Below the pieces are notes generated by a model. That model was not told the origin of the DNA and did not search any database. It saw only the letters and a program-made list of their open reading frames with translations. From the human T2T-CHM13v2.0 reference genome, Homo sapiens, in the NCBI RefSeq assembly GCF_009914755.1, contig NC_060929.1: a stretch of 64,000 nt of DNA; one strand, written 5' to 3'. Of the stretch, positions 53,791 to 64,000 are shown in pieces. Made by a program: the position numbers and the translations under genes. Position 1 is the stretch's first letter. Every line of letters begins with the position of its first letter.

Positions 53791-53829
53791 TAGATAACAT
53801 ACCTGACAATGGTTAAGTTCTTTCTCAGC

Positions 53830-54090
53830 CATCATTCTTTGAATGAGGCCTCTTCCAACCCCTGAGTCTAATGTCTCAACTCCCCCATTTCCCATCCTTT
53901 TTCCCCACTTCTCTGTTTCTTTGTATTTGTCACTAACAAATAATCATTGATTTTGTGTATTGTCTTCCCCCGAACTACAGCATAAGTGCTGATATGGAGA
54001 GGTTAATGTCTGATTTGTTCCCTGCTGTATTCCTGGAAACTTGAAGTGTGTGGGGCATGTAGTGGGGTTCTAGCATTATTTGCTGCTGGA
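53830..54090 (+). mobile_element. L2 3' end
   Basis: gtctgatttgttccctgctgtattcctggaaacttgaagtgtgtggggcatgtagtgggg...tatttgctg. Confidence 0.6.
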
Positions 54091-55459
54091 ATATGCCTCA
54101 GTCCATCCGTGCTGTTGTCCTTCCTCCCTTCCCTGCCCTGCCCCGCAGCCCCTAGGCCTCACGTGCAAAGTCAACAGCGAAGACAGGGCCAGCAGGAACT
54201 GCCTTCTCTACCTCACGTGCACCTGTCCGCCATTGGGGAATGAAGAAGATTAGCTCCACCCTAAAGAATTAGAAACCCCATGGTTTTCTGTACCCCAAAT
54301 CCAAAGGTGCTGCCCTGAATGACTGGAATGTTTGCAACACACCGATTTTTAGGTGGCTAGACCGAGAACTATGTTTGTGAAGTTACAGTTTTATGTCTGA
54401 AGTTAAAGGTGTTCAGCAAACTATTATCTTAAATCCCTCTTATGTAAAGGAAACAGTTTACTAATCTTGAACGTGACCGACTTCTAAGGCTGAGTGGTTC
54501 ATGAATGTGCCAGGCTGTTCTCCTCTTTAGAGCTGCCATTGCATTATATGGGAGCTTGGAGGCTGCTTTAATTAAAGTTATCTGAATAGAGCACAGTATG
54601 CCAGATGTTCATAATAAATATAATGTAGCTTATGTAATGTTATGCCATCATGGAATATATTGGAATGGTTGTGATTATCCATTATTACCCATAATAAATC
54701 TACATTTATTTCACTGTTTTTAGGCATTAAGCATTTCTCAACCACTATAAATTAGCTTAATATTTGAACTTTGCCTTTTGCTGAAGTTTTTCCAATAGAG
54801 ATAATTAAAGAGCTCTTGGGGCAAATTTAGTTCACATTATTTCCATTAGAATTAAACATACACTTGGGATACTAGAGTCTGTGCTGTTGATGCTTATGAC
54901 TGACATTTTGAAGTGCAAATGTCAGTTAAGCATTTTTTTTACCTCCACAGTCAAATGCTTTTTCAAATAATATTTTTGAATATACAAGGCTATCGAATAT
55001 GTTCTGAGTTAGAAGAGTTTGGCTTGACAAACACTGAGCATCTAGCGGGCACTAACCTCTTTTACATCTGTGGACCAACACCTGCAGGGGAAGCTTGAGT
55101 AGGGAGGGCTGAAATGGAGCCGCAGAGTTTCTTCATAAGAAGGACTGGGCAGGAGCAGCCTCATTGGCAGAGTGGGTGGGGAGGGCAGTTGATTTTTCTG
55201 AAAGACGTACTTTCATAGCAAGCACACATGCCTTTAGATTTGGGGCAGGGGGGCATAATGGCCACTATAGGTGAAGGTGGAAGTCCTTCAAGCCCGTATA
55301 AATTCCTGCTCTCCTTTCCTTGCAATAGACACACTGACACGCCGATCCAGAGAGCCTTGCTTCCCCAACTCTGGAGCAGACCAGATGTCCACAGATGTAG
55401 AAGAGTTACACAGCGGCCCCTGCTGTCTCCTTATCAACAATTAGCTGAATAATTAAGTG

Positions 55460-55700
55460 GTTTAAGTGTTAGGTTTGAGATGTCAATTAGACATTGGAGT
55501 GTGAATGCGAACGTGTTTAGAAAGAAGAGTTCAGAGTTCAGGGACATAAATTTGGGAATTACCAACATGCAGATGATTTTTGAGCCATGAGCCAAAAATG
55601 AGATCATCACTATAGTGAGTGTCTGGGGAGAGTAAGAGAAGAAAGAGGCCTGGGCACCATCAAAGAGGGCTGAGAAGCTGTGATCAGTGAGAGAGAAACA
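55460..55700 (-). mobile_element. L2 fragment
   Basis: tttgagatgtcaattagacat...gacataaatttgggaattaccaacatgcagatgatttttgagccatgag. Confidence 0.65.
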
Positions 55701-57204
55701 AAAGAGGCAAAGACAGGGACAGAGACAGAAAATAGACAGAGACAGAGAGGTGGACAGAGAAATAGAAGGAGGGGGATGAAGAAATTCTCATTCATATTTA
55801 AAAGAGAAATGTGAGGACTAACGAAAAGTGCATTTTTTACCAGACGTGCAAATTGGTACAAGTGTGCACCTGAGTCAAGCCACATCACTGAGCCTGATTT
55901 CTGCTATGCCCTTCTAACCCTCTAACCCCAGGGAAAGGAGTTTGCGGTCTTGATGTTTTCTCTTCAAGAATAAGCATTACATAGTACTGTACTTTACAAT
56001 GACCTTTTCTCTCCCCTAACAACTAGATGAGCTAACTGGGAAAATTCTTTATTAACAGCCAGAAATTATCAATCTTAAATGACATAACTCATTTTAAGTT
56101 TGAATTTAATAGCATTTTTGGTAGTTTTTGGTCATTTTCTGAGTAAACAAATCCCCCAAGTCAAAAGAAAATACTCATGCAACTGAGCAGCAGATTCCAG
56201 CACCCATCCCCAAACCAGGAGCTTCATAGTCAAGTGTGTTCACCCACTTCTGACCCACACTGAAGAAAAAGGGTAAAACTATATGACATGTGCAATAGAA
56301 TGAAATTGTGAGCTCACTTCACACAAAACCATTGGCCATGTGAAAGGACATTTGTGATAGGAAGAAGAAATAACAGGGAAGTGTATTTGAATCTAATTCT
56401 GATGGTGGCTTTAGAATGCCCTCACTAGGTGAGTTAGAAGGGAAGCCATACACACCTCCCTCCAAAATCAAAGTGAAAGTAGACAAATCATTTTGGAAGT
56501 CTAGGTTAATGCAAAATGGACATTTTTGTTCAAGAAATCAACTGTGACCGGCAGGTCTTTCTCAGCTTAAAATTGAGGTGAATATCAAAAGAAAATTACA
56601 ATCATTAAGTGATTATTTGAAACTTATTATGGTAGAAGTATTATTTAAAGTGTGTGGGCAGATCCTTAGAAAGTTCACAGATATTTTAGTGGCCTTTATT
56701 TCTAAAATTAGAACTATTAATAAAGCTATATGTTCATAGTAATAATTACTAACGATTTATAGTCTATATGATAATACCATTCATACATACACACACATGC
56801 ATACTGAGAAAATGACAAAAATCAAATTAACAAAGTAATTGGTGGTAGTTGCACACCTATATTTACATATTTATATCTATGAACTTTTTCTCTTTGGAAA
56901 GAGAAAGGTAAAATTGTAAAAAAATCATACTATTCTTAAATTGACAGCTTTTAAAGTATACCAATATTACTTCAGAGTCACAGTTATCGGCAAGGATGTT
57001 GAAATTTTAAAACAATTTGCCCCCAGGATCTCCATAAAAATTACAAAATTAGATGCGTGAATCCTAAGGCTGTCATGTGTCCAAATAATTGCTAAATTTG
57101 GCCAAATCTGCACAGAATCCGAAGCCTGAGGATCCTGGCCCAGGGGCAACAACTCTCTGATATCACAGACACTGCCCAAGGCCAGAACAGCTCCCCTCGC
57201 CTCC

Positions 57205-57673
57205 TGTACCAGTTTCCTGTGTTGCTGTAATATGTTCCCACAAACTCGATGGCTGAAACCAGCACCCACTTCTCATCTTACAGTCGTGTAGCTCAGAAGT
57301 CCACATGGGGCTCCCTGGATGTCAGGGGCCTACAGGACTGCTTCCTTCTGGAGGCTGTGGGGTAGAACCTGTTCCCTTTCCAGCTTCTAGAGGCCTTGGC
57401 TCCTGGCCGCACGTAGCTCTGACCTCGGCCTCCATCCTCTCATCTCTGGTTGCCTCTGGAGCCTCTGGTTGCAGCTCTCTGCTGCTCTCTCACAAGGACT
57501 GTGGAATTACATTAGCCCCCCCTCCCCACCACGCTGAATATTCCAGGATACTCTTCACAGCTCGAGATGTTTCCTTATTCACATCTGCAAAGTCCCTCGC
57601 CATGAAAGGTAACATATTTGCAGGTCTCGAGAACTAGGGCATGGACATCTTTGAGAGGTCATTGTCCTGGCTC
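57205..57673 (-). mobile_element. MLT1D-like MaLR LTR
   Basis: tgtaccagtttcctgtgttgctgtaa...ccttctggaggct...cacatctgcaaagtccct...aaggtaacatatttgcaggt...ggacatctttg. Confidence 0.8.
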
Positions 57674-58054
57674 TTTCAATTCCCTAAAATTATTTTCATC
57701 CTCATGATTTCATTTTAAAATTAAAATTTAATGAGGCTCTTTGGACCTGTATTTAACTGAAGTTTGCTGTTGGTTAATAAAATTACCCAAATATTTAACA
57801 CACAGAAAATGGCTGCTTTATGAGTACAGAGAAATCTGAGATATTTGTTCTCTGATTTTATCTGGGATTTTAGATACTTAGTAAACCAGTGGGCTACACA
57901 GTGTCTTCACTGTGTCCCAAAGGAGGAGCCTCAGTCACAGCCACCATCACTCATTCACTCAATAGATGTTAGGTGGGCGCTCACTCTGGGGGCACCTGCA
58001 CTCCAGGTGCCCAGGGTCAGTCAGTGGAAAACACCCTAGCATAGGGTTCACAGT

Positions 58055-58699
58055 TTTGACGATCAATTTACCTGTCATCTAGACTGGATCAGGGCCTGCT
58101 CAGATATCAAATTACACTTCATGTCTGCGTGTGCCTGTGACGGTGTTTCTGGATGATCAGCGTTTGGGTCTCTGGACTCAGCCAGTAGGTTTTCCTCCCC
58201 AATATGGGTCGGCCTCCTTCAGTCCCTGGAGGCCTGAACAGAACAAAAAGGTGAAGAGAAAGGAGGACTTTGCCCCTTTCCTTTCTTCCTATCTGCTTCA
58301 GCTGGGACCACAGTCTTCTCCGCCCTCACACTGGGGTTTACATCACCTGCATTCCTGTTTCTCACACTTTTGGCTTGCCTGGAATTACACCAGGCTTTCC
58401 TGGGTGTTCATCTTGCAGGAGGTAAATTGTGTGTCTTCTGGTTCTCCAGAATTGCATGAGCCAATTTCTCATAAAAAAATCTCCTTTTATTATTAAAAGG
58501 AATTAGCTCACACAGTACACACACACATACACACACACACATGCAAGCACATGCACACTCATATGTGTACTTTTCTATGTACATGTATATTTCATATTTT
58601 AAATATATTAAATATATATATATTTCTTATCTTAGAGTTGTGAAATACACATACATATTTCTTACCATTTCTGTTTCCCTGGAAAGCCTTATTACCACA
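58055..58699 (+). mobile_element. MLT2 (ERVL) LTR with internal (CA)n/AT-rich tract
   Basis: ggcctgaacagaacaaaaaggtgaagagaaaggagg, gcatgagccaatttctcataaaaaaatctc, atttctgtttccctggaaagcc. Confidence 0.8.
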
Positions 58700-59019
58700 A
58701 TCAACATAATTTGTAAGTACATTTTGTAGGTTTTTTGCAGAGGTTGACAAGGGCTCTGGAAAAAATCTGACATAGAGTGTCCAAAGGCAATTGGGAGTGA
58801 GGGAGGGACTGGGCTGAGTGAGAAGGACAGAGTTCCGCTTATTGAAATGGAGGGATACTCCCTGAGGAGGTGGCAGCAGCTGGGTGACTGGAAGGAGGGG
58901 TTGGTGATTGAGGATGTGAGGGGGATGCATGCTCAGGCCAGCAAATGGTCAGCACAAAGGCCCTGAGGCAGGAGTCAAGGACGCCGGTGAAGCTGCTTCA
59001 GAGTGAGAGTCGGCAGTGT

Positions 59020-59434
59020 GGAGGAAGTGACACCAAAGAGGAAATGCGGGGAGTCATCTCTCACCATGAGTCTGAGGTCTGCGTTCTGCACCCTACCTGT
59101 GCCCCATGGGCTGAATCCCATGTCCGTGTCAATGCTCCTCTTCCCCTGGCTTCCTTCCAGATTCCTATTCTCCTCGCTTGTGCCCTGCAAGGCCCTCGCC
59201 TGCCTGCCTCCCTCTGTGAAGCTCAGGGCTTCTCCACAGCAGCCCTCTCCACCACTCCTACCCCAGCCCCCGTGCAATCAGACACTCATTGCTAGCCCAG
59301 CCATTCCCCAATTCCCTGGAGTTTTCCCGCCCCGCTGCTCATGGCTTTTGTGAAGAATCATTTTATTAAACCCTCCTCAAATTATTCCAATCTGAGCATA
59401 GCCTCTGACTCTTGCTGTGACCTCAATGGATATG
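59020..59434 (+). mobile_element. LTR33-like ERVL LTR inserted in L2
   Basis: ttttattaaaccctcctcaaattattccaatctgagcatagcc...tgctgtgacctcaatggata resembles the LTR33 3' end. Confidence 0.45.
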
Positions 59435-59439
59435 GGTGA

Positions 59440-59850
59440 AACAGCACACAAGTTACCGTAGGGCTTGGCTTTCCTCTGAGGATTGGGAGCCATGTCCCTG
59501 GAAGCCCTGACCTGACAGGACCTCACTGACTTCTACTGAGGGTTCCTCTCAGAGAAGAGACTCTGTAGGACCAGGCAGACGGAGGGTGACAGCCAGGGTG
59601 GGGGCCACAGATCAGTTCAGAGGCTGCTGCTGTGGTGGTGGCAGGGGCCGGGGGGAGCTGTGGGGTTGAAGGAGCTCGGAGTCTGCATGTGTTTGAAGTA
59701 AAGCCTAATCTAAGGATTTAGAGGTGGGTGTGAGAGAAGGGGAGATGCTGCCAAGATTGCTGCCATGGGCAACTAGAAGGTAAAATTGCCATTTGCTGAT
59801 GTGGGGAAGATGGCAGATGGGACAGGTGTTGGGGGAAGATGAAGGGCACA
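59440..59850 (-). mobile_element. L2 fragment
   Basis: gggcttggctttcctctgag..., gcaactagaaggtaaaattgccatttgctgatgtggggaagatggcag. Confidence 0.6.
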
Positions 59851-60039
59851 GGCTTGGACTTCTTGAGTTTGGGATACCCAATCCCCAGGACTGTAGTGGG
59901 CCCCCTGCTTCACCCACTGCTCCTTCCCACTGAGGCTCTGGGGTGGCCACACCGGCCCCCGCCATGTCTCGGACTGCATTGGCTGGAGCCTGTGAGCTTA
60001 TCATTCCCACCGCCCAAGTGGCTGTCTCTTTCTCTACGT

Positions 60040-60352
60040 TTTAAAAGTTGCTCAACTGGCACTTTCTTAGGGTGATTTCTCCTTTCCAGCCTATTTAAAA
60101 TTGTATTCTCTTTTCATAACTCCTTAGCCTCTATTCTTGCTGAAATGCTCTTAAAACTCTTAACACTGTCTAATATATAATGTGTATTTTCCTGACATAT
60201 TATGCTTATTCTGTTTCTCTCCTCCACCAGCTAAGTCTCATGAGAGTAGGGTTTTTCTTTTTGGTTTCTCAAATCATTTGTCCTCTCTGGCTGGACTGAT
60301 GACCAGACACTCAGGAGATGCTCAATGAATATTTATTGAAGAAATGAACAAG
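60040..60352 (+). mobile_element. L2 3' end
   Basis: ccagctaagtctcatgagagtagggt...caggagatgctcaatgaatatttattgaagaaatgaa. Confidence 0.65.
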
Positions 60353-61239
60353 TAAAGGCTGTGGCTGTCTTATTATTCATAGTCTTCTGAAAACAGATTA
60401 ATTCCATCAATTAAACAATCTTGAATGTGCCCCACCTAAGTGCCCTCCCAAGCTAAGCACTGGCGATTGCAAAATAAATAAGAAAGAGTCCTTGCCCTCA
60501 TGGATTTGGTGTTCTGTGCAAACATGTTAAAGAGAAAGCATTCTGTGGGACTGTCTTTAATTTTTCTGCATCCTTTGATTTCTCTCAAGCTTCATCTGCC
60601 TGCTAATATTGAAGCCATGTGCCTCCAGGAGAGAACTAAACCCTTCTCCAGATGTTCTTGTCAATTCTGGCGGCAATCATATTTTTATCCAATTTGAACA
60701 TATTTTTCTTGATTAATACAAGAAGCCCTAAGTAGAGATTCTCAAAATTTACTCAACAGCTGCACGATCTTGTGAGATAAGATCATGAGCAGAATATGCT
60801 TATTCCAAGTGGAAGGATTATATTGTTCTTTTCTATTCACCCCCTGTATCATTTTTATTGAGGTTCAAAGCATTTGGGTTAAAAATTCTTCGCTTCTCTC
60901 ATCGCTGGTGTGAAGAGAATGCTTTCAGAAATGGACCAAGCATGCTGTCAAATCTGAGGAGCTGGAGGCACCAGAGCCTCATTGATAATTTGGTTGGATT
61001 TGAATCAGGTAGAGGGAATGCTTGTGGTGTCCAGGGTACCCGCTGGAGATCAGACAGCAGCTGCCACCACAGAGTGGAGTTGAGCTGGACTTTCAACCGT
61101 TTCCAAGAGTCCCAGTACACTGCCTGCCCAAATAAGACACTGTTGATGGTAGCAATGCTGAGGAAGCTCCCAGGAAATAAATAATGGTTTGCAGATATTA
61201 AAGCAGAATCGTCACCTACATTATTTAAAGTGGTATCTG

Positions 61240-61545
61240 GGCTGCATGCAATGGCTCACGCCTATAATCCCAGCACTTTGGGAGGCCGAGATGGGCAGAT
61301 TGCCTAAGATCAGGAATTCAAGGCCATCCTGGGCAACATGGTAAAACCCCATCTTTACTAAAAATACAAAAAATTAGCTGAGCGTGGTGGTATGTGTCTG
61401 TATTCCCAGCTACTCGGCACATTGAGGCGTGAGAATTGCTTGAGCCTGGCAAAGGGAGATAGCAGTGAGCCTTGAGGCGAGATTGCGCCACTGCACTCCA
61501 GCCTAGACAACAGAACCAGGCCCCGTCTCAAAAAAAAAAAAAAAA
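61240..61545 (+). mobile_element. AluJ-like element
   Basis: Dimeric Alu, cctgggcaacatgg, A-tail; perfect TSD aaagtggtatctg (61227-61239 / 61546-61558). Confidence 0.93.
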
Positions 61546-62354
61546 AAAGTGGTATCTGTCTACTTCACAATCAAAGGTCAAAGGATGAAAACCCATATAC
61601 AGCCAATAAGCACACATTTCTTGACCAGTAAAAATCAGTATATTTGTCTTCTCTTGGGCGCCCAAACCACTTTCAGGAGAAATGATGTGGAGGAAGCGGC
61701 AGAGGCCGCATTTGGGGCTGAGTGCCTGAGTTGGCTGTTTCATTTCACAGCAGGAAGATACTAGGTAAACTTCTAGGAAGTGATTTTTGGAAATAACACA
61801 TTTGGTAATTAATGCTTACCTCCTTCACGCTTTCATGCTTTCAGAGGTGAGTGCTTTAGAATGGTGAAGGAACCGAATGCATTCTCCCTCAACCCACAGG
61901 TGATGGAGCTGCATTTCTCCATACATTTTATGTTAGGTAAAGATTATGTATTCAGCAAAAACTGAACAGGAAATTTGGGAACACACTTAACATTGTTTAC
62001 GTTAAAAATTATTTTCTGTCCTATTTTTTACTTGCTGAGTTCGAGTGTTGAGTTACTTGCCAAAGAGCTAAACTCAAATACTATGAGGAAGAGAAAAAAG
62101 TAAAACAACAAGAGATAAAATCTGTTAAATTTGGAAGGGTAGAGAGGAAGTGAAAAATATAACACATTTAGTAGATATTTCACATACAAAAATTTATAAA
62201 AACCAATAAGCTGTGAAACTCTTGCTGTAGCTGAAATAAAAGATATATGTAAATAAAGCATTTTCAAAAATAGGTCATTGCAACAATAGGTAGTAGATTA
62301 CAAAGAACTGCACAGTAAAAATCTGTATGCAAAGTTATTATAATGCAGGTACTG

Positions 62355-62568
62355 AAGGGTGCACCTGCAAGGCAAGACATGGCACCAAGGACTGTGGCAG
62401 ACACTGGAAGATGGAAGAGGCACTGGGTTTATTCCTTGGAGCCTGCAGCAGGATTCAACCTGCTGACATCTTAATTTTGGATCTCTGGCCTCCAGAACTG
62501 TGAGAAAATAGGTTTCTGCTGTTTTAAGCTACCCTAGTTGTTATAGCAGACGCAGGATGCTAGCAGAC
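62355..62568 (+). mobile_element. MLT1B/C-like LTR 3' half
   Basis: ctgctgacatcttaattttggatctctggcctccagaactgtgagaaaataggtttctgctgttttaagctaccc. Confidence 0.8.
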
Positions 62569-62903
62569 TCCTTAGAGAGGTACTCTGGCTGCTCTGTGGA
62601 GCTGCAGTGGCACCAGGAGGGGACACTTCCATTCCAAAGGGAAAGGGTTCTCCCAGGCTGCAAGGATCAGACCCACAGGGAAGTGTGGACTTCCAGGGAA
62701 AAAGGGGGCAAGTTGTTTGCTGGGGAGAATAAAAGGGGAAGTGCCGTATTCCATAGATGTGTAATGGAGGAAAATGTTGCCTGTGATATAGTATGGGAGG
62801 AAAAAGTCATAAAGGAAGAGCACAATTTTCCCTTTAAGGTGAAAGATAAGTCAAAACAGTATCATCACATAAGATTAACATCTTCTATAAGATGTTCATT
62901 TTT

Positions 62904-63333
<430 letters not shown>

Positions 63334-64000
63334 TTACTATACATAGAAAAAATTTCCTTGCAATTACACATAGTGGATTTGTTTATAGCTCTATTATGCT
63401 GAATGTACAATTAATCTGAAACCTGGGACTAAAACATGAAAAGTAAAGGATGTGTCAAGTGTCACTGGGAACTACAACAGATTGTGGTCATTACATTTAT
63501 GCTATTAAAATATTATCATGTATTGAGTACAGCCCCTTGATATTTCACTGTGTGTTTTCTTTTGCAAATTCAATTAAATTGGAATAATATCGATGACATT
63601 CTTTTGGCCCGAGCTTGTCATCAGAAATCTTTTTTCTAATTCTGATTATCCCCCCCGATTAATTAATGTGAAAAATGTGAAATTCACAAGCATCTACTCT
63701 CCTCAAATCCCTTCTCAGTCAGAGGAAAAATGAAGCCCTCCCCCGGCTGCTCTACAATCCGCCTCTGCCTCTGCCAGAGATGTTGAGGATAAAGTAATCA
63801 CATGTGGAATTCTCGGGGCTTCTCAGAAGTAATCTAATTTGTGTACTTAGAAGGTTTACTTCGAGGATAAAGGAAACTCAAATTCCTGTGAAGTGTTGCA
63901 AGATTCTCAGAAGAAAGGCAGCAGGTGCATTTGGTGACTCTCACCCTGTATGTTAATATGCGGGGGAGTTAAATTCAAGTGCACCCGTCTTTATTGTAAA

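Noticed and set aside
53268-53895. His/Thr-rich and Cys/Val-rich ORFs
   Set aside because: Translation artefacts of the (TG)n low-complexity tract.
57896-58012. Two perfect hairpins (acacagtg-N4-cactgtgt with RSS-like heptamers; gggcacctg-N5-caggtgccc)
   Set aside because: Several 8-9-bp stems are expected by chance in 64 kb. There is no RSS nonamer, and the second hairpin lies in an L2-like relic.
61654-61665. Perfect 12-bp palindrome ttgggcgcccaa
   Set aside because: Palindromes of this length are expected by chance in a window this size.

Overview
This is eukaryotic, CpG-depleted, AT-rich (visually about 38-40% GC) non-coding DNA from a simian primate, probably human or a close relative. 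The basis is AluJ/AluS, THE1/MST MaLR LTRs, and L1PA/L1MA, L2, MIR, L3/CR1 and MER20/44/58 relics. I recognise no protein-coding exon, RNA gene or CpG island; the ORF track is explained by chance ORFs, repeat relics and low-complexity DNA. The window looks intronic or intergenic, and I cannot name the locus. I did not find a new multi-gene system. The best-supported observations concern retrotransposition mechanism: (i) a three-level nested insertion at 42191-46225 (5'-inverted L1MA > internally deleted MSTA LTR > full-length THE1A) with all three TSDs readable; (ii) a ~41-bp duplication at that L1's inversion junction; (iii) an AluS with a 33-bp TSD centred on a palindrome; (iv) a 31-nt Alu stub with a 20-bp TSD. 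More speculative are candidate spliced non-coding exons on the minus strand, possibly LTR-driven, a plus-strand 29-nt microexon and two AG|GT recursive-splice-like sites. Repeat subfamily names come from recalled consensus sequences and need RepeatMasker/Dfam confirmation; boundaries of old elements are approximate.
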